Under the pieces are notes generated by a model. It was not told where the DNA came from, ran no database searches, and worked only from the letters and a program-made list of their open reading frames with translations. Below, piece by piece: positions 1 to 7,899 of a stretch of 29,356 bases of DNA. The DNA is taken from positions 1 to 29,356 of the forward strand of contig JBMSAQ010000003.1 of the NCBI GenBank assembly GCA_049414405.1. The letters are read 5' to 3'. The position numbers and the translations under genes are program-made. Numbering within the stretch: the first letter of the stretch is position 1; every line of letters begins with the position of its first letter. The stretch comes from Candidatus Nanopusillus sp. Lineage in GTDB: Archaea; Nanobdellota; Nanobdellia; Nanobdellales; Nanobdellaceae.

Positions 1-1
1 A

Positions 2-1318
2 ACAGGTTCTTTAGATATTAATTTATCTTCATTTGGTAAATATATTAAATTAACTGGTAACGATATAATAGTTCTGTATGGAAAATTGGATAAAAAATAT
101 TTTATAATTGTAGAAAATGATAATGTTATATTTCTAGAAAATAATATATCTGAAGATATATATAAAAGAAAAGAAGAATTATATAGTACTTTGAAAGATA
201 TATATGGCGGAAAAGATTTTATTATTTTATTAAACGGATTGGGATCAAAATTTACAATATACGGGAATTTAATTATATTTGAAAATAACAAAATAAAAGT
301 TACAAAAGGTGGTGTTGGATCTGTATTATATCGATATCATAATATATCCGGTTTATCAATTGGAGGGGATAATAAAATTGAAAATAAAAGATTTGATATA
401 GAATTAATAGAAGGAGAAAAAGAATCAATAAAGAAATTTTATCAATCTATACCAGATAAAATTCCAATTTTAAATTATAAAAATATTTATCTGTCTGAAG
501 AAGAAAATAAGAAAATATTTGATGATTATATTTATCCTTTAGTTAATAATTTAAGAAAAGAGTACCCATATGAACCTTTTAATATGTTAGGACCATTTTT
601 AGGAATATTAAATGAAGAATATATAAGAGATCTAATTGACTTATCAAATAAATATGGTTTAGATACATTATACTTTGGATATATTTTGGGAACAATTTTA
701 GAGGGAATATATATCGGAAAAGTATCAATCAAAGATTTAAATAAATCTTTGTTTGATTTTAAAGATTTAGATAAATCTTCAGAAATAAATTATAATATTG
801 CAAAATATTTAATAGAAAAAGTTTCATATGGAGAGTTATCATTATTAGGAAAAGATATAAAATATATTTCTAGTTTATTTGACTTAAATGATATATCAGT
901 TTATATCCCATTTAATAATAAAAGTTCTACAGTATTTAATCCATATATATCTTTAGGATTGTTTTTACCAAATTTAATATATGATAAGTATTTTTCAGAT
1001 TATTTAATGAATGTAATGAACCCAGTTGAATATTCAGGATTTAATTTTGGAAAATTTGAGTCAACATATGAAACAAATAACATAAGCAATATAGAAAACA
1101 TAGAATTAAATATAAAAAGAAAAAAGATATTTTTCAAGATATTTGAATATCATAAATTGACAAATTCTATTCCTGATAAAGGTTATCCAAAAAGATTGAT
1201 AGATATATATAATAAAATAGCAAAGAGATATAATATAAATTATACATTTGAACAATATTTTGATGAATATTTTAATTCATATCAGGAAATAATATATAAT
1301 AAAGCCCCCGTAGTGTAG
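2..1318 (+). CDS. Aldehyde:ferredoxin oxidoreductase (AOR) family-like protein, 5' end cut by window edge, contains no cysteine
   Basis: The frame is open from nt 2 (TGSLDINLSSFGKYIKLTGNDIIVLYGK LDKKYF...), so the TTG at 86 in the ORF track is not a real start. AOR N-domain-like segments: TGNDIIVLYGK and KGGVGSVLYRYHNISGLSIGG (compare the GRGGLGAVMGSKNLKAI.V.G region). AOR C-domain-like segment: MLGPFLGILNEEYIRDLIDLSNKYGLDTLYFGYILGTILEG (compare LG.N.GI.D....AN.LC..YGLDTIS.G). Similarity is recalled from the family; no alignment was run. Confidence 0.5.
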   Translation, partial: TGSLDINLSSFGKYIKLTGNDIIVLYGKLDKKYFIIVENDNVIFLENNISEDIYKRKEELYSTLKDIYGGKDFIILLNGLGSKFTIYGNLIIFENNKIKVTKGGVGSVLYRYHNISGLSIGGDNKIENKRFDIELIEGEKESIKKFYQSIPDKIPILNYKNIYLSEEENKKIFDDYIYPLVNNLRKEYPYEPFNMLGPFLGILNEEYIRDLIDLSNKYGLDTLYFGYILGTILEGIYIGKVSIKDLNKSLFDFKDLDKSSEINYNIAKYLIEKVSYGELSLLGKDIKYISSLFDLNDISVYIPFNNKSSTVFNPYISLGLFLPNLIYDKYFSDYLMNVMNPVEYSGFNFGKFESTYETNNISNIENIELNIKRKKIFFKIFEYHKLTNSIPDKGYPKRLIDIYNKIAKRYNINYTFEQYFDEYFNSYQEIIYNKAPVV

Positions 1319-1378
1319 CCAGGACAACATTCCGGGCTTCGGTCCTGGAGATCGGGGGTTCAAATCCCCTCGGGGGCA
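1304..1378 (+). tRNA. tRNA-Arg (anticodon TCG)
   Basis: Hand-folded cloverleaf. Acceptor GCCCCCG/CGGGGGC, D stem GTGT/ACAT, anticodon stem CCGGG/CCTGG with loop CTTCGGT (TCG at 1339-1341), T arm GGGGG-TTCAAAT-CCCCT, discriminator A. No encoded CCA. It is a GC-rich island in AT-rich DNA. Confidence 0.9.
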
Positions 1379-1458
1379 CTTGAGATTATTTTTTATAATT
1401 TATAATTATAGAAACAAAAATAAGCATTTAATTTAATAAAGAAAAACTTATATTTATG

Positions 1459-2529
1459 TTAAATTTTTCTTATTTTTGCAATATAAAAACCTTCTGTATC
1501 ATTATCCCAAGGCCATAATCTTATTGTTTTCTTTATTTCTTCTTCATGTTCTAATTTATATCCTTTATATTCAGAAATTATCTCAGATTTCTTTAAATTT
1601 GGTATTTCTATTTTTTCAATTTTAACATTTTCTCTTTTAGATAATAGATAATCTACTACAAATTCATTTTCTAATGGTTCAACAGAACATGTGGAATAAA
1701 CTAAAATGCCATTATCTTTTAACAAATCAAAAGCAGTCAATAATAATTTTTTCTGTAAATTCGATAACCTATTTATTGTATCTTCATTCCATATTTTTAG
1801 TGTTTTATATGATTTTCTTATTGCTCCAGTTCCAGAACATGGAGTGTCTAATAAAATTTTATCAAATTTTAAATTTAATTTATACAATTTTCTTCCGTCC
1901 ATCATTGTTATAATTGTATTTATTACACCCATTTTTTGCAAATTTTCACTTAAAGCTTTAATTCTATCAATTGATATATCATTTGCAATTATTAGTCCTT
2001 CATTTTCCATATGTATTGCAATTTGTGTCGTTTTAGAACCAGGTGCAGCTGCCATATCTAAAACTAGATCATCATTTTTTAAATCTAATGCTAGCGGTGG
2101 TATCATTGATGCAGCTTCTTGTGGATAATAATATCCTAATTGAAATTCTACAGTATTTCCAATATCCCTTCTTTCTCCCTTTAACCAAAACCCATATTTA
2201 TAGAAAGGTATCCTTTCAATTTCCCATCCATATTCTTTTAGTCTTGATAATATATCTTTTGCATCTATATTTAAATTAAAAAGATTTTGCTTTAAATTAT
2301 ACAAATTATCAATTTTTTCAGATATTTCTTTTAATTCTTTTTCTCTTAAATGATCCTGCTTTGATAATAATATTTCCTTTAAATTTTCAAAATTTATATT
2401 ATCCTTTACTTTTATTGTATTAATCCTTATAGATTTCTTTAATAATTTAAAAGACCATTCTAAAAATAATTCATATTTATATCCTAATAATTCTCTAAAA
2501 TGTTCCTCAAAACTCTTCTTAATTATCAT
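1459..2529 (-). CDS. NOL1/NOP2/Sun-family RNA cytosine-C5 methyltransferase (Trm4/NSUN-like)
   Basis: Has GYYYPQEAASMIP, the SAM motif DMAAAPGSKTTQIA, and the catalytic Cys motifs DTPCSGTGAIRK and YSTCS. Confidence 0.9.
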   Translation of the reverse strand: MIIKKSFEEHFRELLGYKYELFLEWSFKLLKKSIRINTIKVKDNINFENLKEILLSKQDHLREKELKEISEKIDNLYNLKQNLFNLNIDAKDILSRLKEYGWEIERIPFYKYGFWLKGERRDIGNTVEFQLGYYYPQEAASMIPPLALDLKNDDLVLDMAAAPGSKTTQIAIHMENEGLIIANDISIDRIKALSENLQKMGVINTIITMMDGRKLYKLNLKFDKILLDTPCSGTGAIRKSYKTLKIWNEDTINRLSNLQKKLLLTAFDLLKDNGILVYSTCSVEPLENEFVVDYLLSKRENVKIEKIEIPNLKKSEIISEYKGYKLEHEEEIKKTIRLWPWDNDTEGFYIAKIRKI

Positions 2530-2577
2530 CAGAAGAATATTTTTTCATCATCTTTCAGAAGCGTAATGCTTCTTCAC
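2529..2577 (-). ncRNA. Candidate C/D box sRNA (2'-O-methylation guide)
   Basis: Minus strand reads GTGAAGA(C, 1 mismatch to RUGAUGA)-AGCATTACGCTT(12 nt)-CTGA(D')-AAG-ATGATGA(C')-AAAAATATTCTT(12 nt)-CTGA(D). It fills the 61-bp gap between ppa and the m5C methyltransferase gene. The last A of box D is the A of that gene's ATG. Caveats: part of box C plus guide 1 also forms the hairpin AGAAGC-n5-GCTTCT, and guide 2 is very AT-rich. Confidence 0.4.
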
Positions 2578-2590
2578 TAAAAAATATTTA

Positions 2591-3106
2591 TTATTTTTTA
2601 TTTTTAAATCTATCTATTGCTTCTTTAATTATCTTTAAAGCATCTTCCTTTCCTTTAAATTCTTTAACTTTAACAAATTTTCCAGGTTCTAGTTCTTTAT
2701 AATGTTCATAGAAATGTTTTATTTGATTTAATATTGCCTCCGGTAAATCTCTTATATCTTTTATATTTGAAAACCTTGGATCTATTTTTTCATGTGGTAC
2801 TGCAATTATTTTTCTATCAATTCCTTCTTCATCTTCTGTTATTAATACACCAATAGGTCTTGCTCTTATTAATACTCCAGGAATAAATGAATCATATGTG
2901 ATAACCAAAGCATCTAATGGATCTCCATCTTCTTCCAAAGTTTCTGGTATAAATCCATAATTGAATGGATAGAACATTGCTGTATATAATATTCTATCTA
3001 CCTTTATTACTTTTTCTTCTTCATCAAATTCATATTTTATATTACTTCCTTTTGGTATCTCTATGAATACATTTATATCTTCTGGAGGTTGTTTTCCAGC
3101 TTTCAT
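2591..3106 (-). CDS. ppa: Inorganic pyrophosphatase (family I)
   Basis: 171 aa. Has [39 protein letters not shown] and the DRKIIAVP motifs typical of soluble family I PPase. Confidence 0.95.
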   Translation of the reverse strand: MKAGKQPPEDINVFIEIPKGSNIKYEFDEEEKVIKVDRILYTAMFYPFNYGFIPETLEEDGDPLDALVITYDSFIPGVLIRARPIGVLITEDEEGIDRKIIAVPHEKIDPRFSNIKDIRDLPEAILNQIKHFYEHYKELEPGKFVKVKEFKGKEDALKIIKEAIDRFKNKK

Positions 3107-3127
3107 TTTACTATAGTTTACTATCTT

Positions 3128-3134
3128 TTTATAA
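3128..3134 (+). promoter_or_regulatory. TATA-like box for the S17e-Alba transcription unit
   Basis: TTTATAA is centred about 27 nt upstream of the S17e ATG at 3158, the spacing expected for a leaderless archaeal mRNA. Confidence 0.35.
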
Positions 3135-3157
3135 GTTTAATTTCTATAATAAAAAAT

Positions 3158-3352
3158 ATGGGTAGAATTCTTCATGGTAAATTTAGAAGAGAAGCTAACA
3201 AAATATTAGAAAAATATTCGAATTTATTTACTACAGATTATAAAAAGAATGTAAAGATATTGGAAGTTGTAGCTGAAATTCCATCAAAAAGATTAAGAAA
3301 TATGCTAGCTGGATATATAACAAGGCAAATTAAAAAATTACAAAGCTCATGA
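3158..3352 (+). CDS. rps17e: 30S ribosomal protein S17e (eS17)
   Basis: MGRILHGKFRREANKILEKY...IPSKRLRNMLAGYITRQIKK matches the eS17 pattern (MGR..., SK.LRN.IAGY.T). The track start at 3089 adds 23 hydrophobic residues that overlap the ppa start and is rejected. The stop overlaps the Alba start (ATGA). Confidence 0.85.
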   Translation: MGRILHGKFRREANKILEKYSNLFTTDYKKNVKILEVVAEIPSKRLRNMLAGYITRQIKKLQSS

Positions 3353-3636
3353 TGGCGGAACAAACAATAATATATGTAGGAAATAAGCCATTTATGAACT
3401 ATGTAACGGCAGTAGCAATGCAATTTACAAGCCAGGATGCAAAGGAAGTTGTAATAAGGGCGAGGGGAAGATACATAGCTAGAGCAGTAGATGTAGCAGA
3501 AGTAGTAAGGAAGAAATTTATGGTAGGACAAGTTGATATAAAAAGTATAAGTATAGATTCTGAAGAGAGGCAGGTAGATCAAGGTGGTAAAAAGAGAAGG
3601 ATATCAAGTATAGAAATTGTACTTGTTAAAAAATAA
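3349..3636 (+). CDS. albA: DNA/RNA-binding protein Alba (Sso10b family)
   Basis: IYVGNKPFMNYVTAVAMQF...AKEVVIRARGRYIARAVDVAEVVRKKF...ISSIEIVL is the canonical Alba signature. Confidence 0.93.
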   Translation: MMAEQTIIYVGNKPFMNYVTAVAMQFTSQDAKEVVIRARGRYIARAVDVAEVVRKKFMVGQVDIKSISIDSEERQVDQGGKKRRISSIEIVLVKK

Positions 3637-3676
3637 TAATCTTTTTTATATTTTTTGATTATTATTTATTTAATAT

Positions 3677-3751
3677 AGCGGGGTAGGGCAGCCAGGAGTG
3701 CCCGGGGGGCTCATAACCCCCAGGTCGGAGGTTCAAATCCTCCCCCCGCTA
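3677..3751 (+). tRNA. tRNA-Met (CAT), initiator type
   Basis: Acceptor AGCGGGG/CCCCGCT gives an A1:U72 pair. Anticodon stem GGGGG/CCCCC supplies the three consecutive G:C pairs next to loop CTCATAA (CAT at 3712-3714). T arm is GGAGG-TTCAAAT-CCTCC. A1:U72 plus the G:C run are archaeal initiator hallmarks. Confidence 0.85.
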
Positions 3752-3802
3752 TTTATAAATAAATAATTCCGATTTTTAAACATAGTTATCATTAAAATTA
3801 TA

Positions 3803-5005
3803 ATGCAAATAGGTATTACCGGAAAACCAAATGTTGGAAAGTCTACTATGTTTAAAGCAATAACATTACAAGATGTGGCAATTGCAAATTACCCATTTAC
3901 TACAATAGAACCAAATAAAGGTTATGGATACGTCAGAGTAGAAGATGTTGGACCAGAATTTAATGTTAAATCAAATCCAAGATATGGTTTTATAAAAGGA
4001 AAGTATAGATTTGTTCCAATAGAAATATTAGATATAGCTGGATTGGTTCCTGGCGCACATGAAGGTAGAGGTTTGGGTAATAAATTTTTAGATGATGTAA
4101 GACAAGCGGATGCTTTGATACATGTAATAGATATTTCAGGTTCAACAAATGAAGAAGGACAGTATATTGGTCCTGGAAATTATGACCCAATACAAGATGT
4201 AAAATGGTATGAAGAAGAAATAGATTGGTGGTTTTATAGTGTAATAAAGAAAAATTTAGAAAAGAATATAAGAAAAATAAAAAATGAACATTTGGAATTG
4301 GATAAAGAATTAGCAAAATTAATTTCTGGATTAAATGTTAAAGAAGAACACGTATCAAAAGCATTTAATGAATTAAAAATTGGCCAAGAGGACTATGATA
4401 TAATAAATGATGATAAAAAATTATTTGAACTCGCATCTAAAATTAGAAGAATATCAAAACCAATTGTTATTGCAGCAAATAGGACAGATATAAATATAGA
4501 TATTGCAAAGAAAAATTTAGAAAGATTAAAAAAAGAATATCCTGATAAAATTATAATACCAACATCTGGTTATGCAGAATTAATATTAAAAGAATTGGAC
4601 AAGCAGGGAAAAATATTTCATATACCTGGAGAAGGTTATTTTGAAATCAGAAGTGATTTAAATGATAAAGAAAAGAAAGCTTTAGAATTCGTTGAAGATT
4701 ATATATTTAAAGAATTTGGAAGTACTGGTGTTCAAAATGTCCTAGATATAACTGTATTTGATGTTTTAAAATATGTGGCAGTATTTCCTGGAGGTGTAGA
4801 TTCTTTAGCAGATAAAGAAGGAAGGATCTTGCCAGATTGTTTTTTAATGCCTCCTGGAAGTACTGTACTAGATTTTGCAAATAAAATTCATTCAGATTTA
4901 GCAAAAAATTTTGTTAGAGCTATAGATGTTAGGACAAGAAGATTCTTAGGAAAAGATTATATATTAAAACATAGGGATGTAATTCAAATAATTGCAAATG
5001 CATAG
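3803..5005 (+). CDS. Obg-family P-loop GTPase/ATPase (YchF/OLA1-like) with C-terminal TGS-like domain
   Basis: G1 motif GITGKPNVGKSTMF, G2 region YPFTTIEPNKG, G3 motif DIAGLVPGAHEGRGLGNKFL, G4-like AANRTD. The C-terminal segment GKDYILKHRDVIQI is TGS-like. Confidence 0.85.
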   Translation: MQIGITGKPNVGKSTMFKAITLQDVAIANYPFTTIEPNKGYGYVRVEDVGPEFNVKSNPRYGFIKGKYRFVPIEILDIAGLVPGAHEGRGLGNKFLDDVRQADALIHVIDISGSTNEEGQYIGPGNYDPIQDVKWYEEEIDWWFYSVIKKNLEKNIRKIKNEHLELDKELAKLISGLNVKEEHVSKAFNELKIGQEDYDIINDDKKLFELASKIRRISKPIVIAANRTDINIDIAKKNLERLKKEYPDKIIIPTSGYAELILKELDKQGKIFHIPGEGYFEIRSDLNDKEKKALEFVEDYIFKEFGSTGVQNVLDITVFDVLKYVAVFPGGVDSLADKEGRILPDCFLMPPGSTVLDFANKIHSDLAKNFVRAIDVRTRRFLGKDYILKHRDVIQIIANA

Positions 5006-5016
5006 ATTTATAAAAA
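5006..5016 (+). promoter_or_regulatory. TATA-like box for rpoN
   Basis: ATTTATAAAAA lies 22-32 nt upstream of the rpoN ATG at 5038. Confidence 0.35.
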
Positions 5017-5037
5017 TGTTGTAAAATTTTAAATACT

Positions 5038-5235
5038 ATGATAATGCCCATTAGATGTTTTACGTGTGGAAAACCCATTGGACATCTATATGAAAAATAT
5101 ATCAAATTAATAAATGAAGGTAAAACAATGAAAGAAGCTTTAGATGAATTGGGATTGGAGAGAGCATGTTGTAGACAAGCATTTCTCGGACATGTTCAAC
5201 AAATAGAGGTAATTGCTAAGTTAAAGAAATTTTAA
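5038..5235 (+). CDS. rpoN: DNA-directed RNA polymerase subunit N (Rpo10/RPB10)
   Basis: MIMPIRCFTCGKPIGHLYEKY...ALDELGLERACCRQAFLGHV matches the RPB10 zinc-bundle signature (PvRCFTCGK...YCCRR). Confidence 0.95.
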   Translation: MIMPIRCFTCGKPIGHLYEKYIKLINEGKTMKEALDELGLERACCRQAFLGHVQQIEVIAKLKKF

Positions 5236-5632
5236 TTTTTCTTAATTGAATTATTTTTCTTATACTTATTAAAAATATCGAAATACCAAAAAATAATATT
5301 ATTGGGTTTGGATATATGCCATAATTAGATGCTACATTCCTTACAGCTATACTTATTATATTATCAGAATCTAATGTAAAAGCTGAAAACAAAATTAATA
5401 TTGATATAAATAATGAGATCATATAACCATATAAATTATCTTTTCTTATCAAATAAATAGAAAGTATTGACAATAAAAAAACTATAAATAATAAAATTTT
5501 AACTGAAATATTAATATAATCTGGAAAAATTGACGGATATATAATAAATGATATAAAGTTTAAGAGTGTTTCTATAGAAAACAATATTAAAAGTGTATAC
5601 AAGAATTCTTTAGTTATGTCTATATTACTCAT
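5216..5632 (-). CDS. Hypothetical integral membrane protein (about 4 TM segments)
   Basis: The only long ORF in this interval, with four hydrophobic stretches. Its 3' end overlaps the rpoN 3' end by 20 nt (convergent). No recognisable motif. Confidence 0.5.
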   Translation of the reverse strand: MSNIDITKEFLYTLLILFSIETLLNFISFIIYPSIFPDYINISVKILLFIVFLLSILSIYLIRKDNLYGYMISLFISILILFSAFTLDSDNIISIAVRNVASNYGIYPNPIILFFGISIFLISIRKIIQLRKIKISLT

Positions 5633-5664
5633 ATTTTTTGAATTGTGTAAAAATTTAAAAATAA

Positions 5665-6915
5665 TTAATTATTATTTTTTAAGTATAGTTCTAGAGTCCT
5701 AGATATAATTTCTCTATTTTCTTCAAATTCATCTTCTCTAGGTTGATGGATAATATCTGATAATTTACTGTCGCCAATCACAATGTTTCTAATTAGTTTA
5801 TTAGGCCTATTATCATAGTCTTTTAATTGTTTTTCTATGTCATATACTAGCATCTTGGGAAAGTTGGGATTTATTATTTTTTCATTACAAACTACAGTAT
5901 TTCCAACCTTTGTACAATGTTTTAGTAGTGGAGACTCTTTAATTCCTTCTATAATATCTTTAATGACTTCTATTATAATTTTTTCCAGCCCTTTTAGATT
6001 TATTGATATTTTAAATCCAGATGCAAAATCTATAAATTTAGTATTGCCATTATTATCTACTATAATTTGGTACGGGCCTATATCTTCTGGAGAAATCTTC
6101 GAAATTGAAATTGTTTCTGCCGTTTTTGCTATAGGGCTATAAAGTCTATGCTTGAACTCATCATATCTTATTTGTATTTCAAAATTATTTAGGTTTCTTT
6201 GATCTAACTCAAAATCATAATTTAAACCCAATGAATAAGGTTCTATTGTGGGGTATTTTTCAAAATCTATAATTGAAAGAAAGTTCAAATCCTTATTAAA
6301 TATCTCTATTGGTTTTTTGGTAATACCAGAACTTTTATATATTATCTTATATACATAAGGAGTTTCTATGGTATAAGGTCTACTTATATAGTATATTTTT
6401 GGAAAGTATTTCGAATTGTTAATTAATAGTACAAGCGACAGAGATAAAGGAACATAAAAAACATTATCAAGTTTTTTACATACTATCTTAAATAATTTTT
6501 CTATATCTTTTATTGTTGTAAAATAGTATGGCCTAGTTTCTACCAATTTTTTAAGATCAAAAGGATTTTTATCTAAATTTATTAATAAAATTGATTCTGG
6601 GATTTTTGTTCTAGAAAATGTGTCAAGATATATATCTTTTCTTCTTTTTCCAATATCTGTAATATATTTTACATCCTCCCCATTCCATTTTCTTAATAAT
6701 ACCATAAGGTGCGAATCTTCGGACAAAGTGTAATGTTCTGGTAGTACATATCCGTATATTGTGGGAAATATTAAATTCTTTGGTATTGCTTCAGTTCTTG
6801 ATTCTGTTTTTATAAAATATGAAGCCCATGTAAATGGTGGATTTATATCCATCCTTGTACATTGAAAATAATCAGGATAATTCTTTTCATATAAGCAAGA
6901 TATATAATTACCCAT
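5665..6915 (-). CDS. Hypothetical protein, 416 aa, no recognised domain
   Basis: Long uninterrupted ORF with normal (non-shadow) composition. I found no Walker, DHH, KxDG or metal-cluster motif. Confidence 0.6.
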   Translation of the reverse strand: MGNYISCLYEKNYPDYFQCTRMDINPPFTWASYFIKTESRTEAIPKNLIFPTIYGYVLPEHYTLSEDSHLMVLLRKWNGEDVKYITDIGKRRKDIYLDTFSRTKIPESILLINLDKNPFDLKKLVETRPYYFTTIKDIEKLFKIVCKKLDNVFYVPLSLSLVLLINNSKYFPKIYYISRPYTIETPYVYKIIYKSSGITKKPIEIFNKDLNFLSIIDFEKYPTIEPYSLGLNYDFELDQRNLNNFEIQIRYDEFKHRLYSPIAKTAETISISKISPEDIGPYQIIVDNNGNTKFIDFASGFKISINLKGLEKIIIEVIKDIIEGIKESPLLKHCTKVGNTVVCNEKIINPNFPKMLVYDIEKQLKDYDNRPNKLIRNIVIGDSKLSDIIHQPREDEFEENREIISRTLELYLKNNN

Positions 6916-6975
6916 AGATATAATAAGAATTAAATGTTTTTAAATATTTCTATAATTGTACTCATTATAAAATAA

Positions 6976-7899
6976 CTATAAAATATTATTTATTTTTAAT
7001 TTTATTTCACATGCCCTACATACTTCTTTAGTAGTTGGATATCCGCAAATTTTACATTTTCTCAATTTTATGATATTTTTCATTTTATAATCAATTTTTG
7101 CTTTGTATAGCACTTCTAGAATATTCTTTAGGAAATTCTTATGAAATCCAGGATATTTATCTTCTAATTTATATAATTTTGATCTAATTACATCTCTAAA
7201 TTCACCAACAATAAATGGACATTCTCCAAAAGGCGGTTCTAAGTTATTTAATATCGAATATAATAAATTTTCTTTTTCTGTATTGAAATAAAAAGGTTTA
7301 ATCCTAGAAATAAAATCTTCTTCAATTATTCCTACATATGGACCTTCCTTTAATAAGTCTTTTAAATTTCCTTCAAAAATGTTCATTAAGATCGTTTGAA
7401 CTTCATCATTTAAATTATGTGCAGTTGCAAATTTATCTAAATTCAAATCTTTTGCAGCCTTCCACATCAACCATCTTCTCCATACACCACAAATTGTGCA
7501 TGATTTATATTCTTTAGATATTTTTACCGCCTCATCTAACCTAATATTAAAATATTCTGAGAATCTGTATATTTTTACATTTAAATTATATCTTTTTGCA
7601 ATTTCTAATAACTTTTCTGTATCTTTATCTCTATAACCCTTTATTCCTTCATCAATATGAATTCCAAAAACTTCAATGTCAAAATAATCTTTATATTTAT
7701 TTAAGAAAAATAATAATGCATTTGAATCTTTTCCTCCAGAAACTCCAACACCAATTCTTTCTCCAGGTTTTATCAATTCATATTTTTCTATTGTATTTAT
7801 TGTTTTCTCTTCAAAATATTTTATAAAATGATCTTTGCAATAATAATTTCCATCAATATCTTTGTATATTGCATTATTATTGCAAAAACTACACTTCAT
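6976..7899 (-). CDS. PP-loop tRNA 2-thiolation enzyme, TtuA/Ncs6(Ctu1) family
   Basis: N-terminal Zn finger CSFC...CKDH, PP-loop VGVSGGKDS, Fe-S ligand pattern SCTICG...GECPF, C-terminal Zn finger CKICG...CRAC. Overall resemblance to archaeal TtuA as I recall it. Confidence 0.85.
   Translation of the reverse strand: MKCSFCNNNAIYKDIDGNYYCKDHFIKYFEEKTINTIEKYELIKPGERIGVGVSGGKDSNALLFFLNKYKDYFDIEVFGIHIDEGIKGYRDKDTEKLLEIAKRYNLNVKIYRFSEYFNIRLDEAVKISKEYKSCTICGVWRRWLMWKAAKDLNLDKFATAHNLNDEVQTILMNIFEGNLKDLLKEGPYVGIIEEDFISRIKPFYFNTEKENLLYSILNNLEPPFGECPFIVGEFRDVIRSKLYKLEDKYPGFHKNFLKNILEVLYKAKIDYKMKNIIKLRKCKICGYPTTKEVCRACEIKLKINNIL

Noticed and set aside
86-88. TTG start codon assigned by the track to the first ORF.
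   Set aside because: The frame stays open back to nt 2, and the upstream residues (FGKYIKLTGNDIIVLYGK) continue the AOR N-domain-like sequence. The gene therefore starts outside the window.
2557-2575. Hairpin AGAAGC-GTAAT-GCTTCT read purely as a transcription terminator for ppa.
   Set aside because: Not fully rejected. Archaeal termination normally relies on T-runs rather than hairpins, and the same bases fit a complete C/D box sRNA layout with 12-nt guides. The sRNA interpretation is therefore reported as primary, with reduced confidence.
3089-3157. Track start (3089) for the S17e ORF, which adds [23 protein letters not shown].
   Set aside because: The extension is hydrophobic, overlaps the ppa start region on the other strand, and is absent from eS17. 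The conserved protein begins MGR at 3158, with a TATA-like box about 27 nt upstream.
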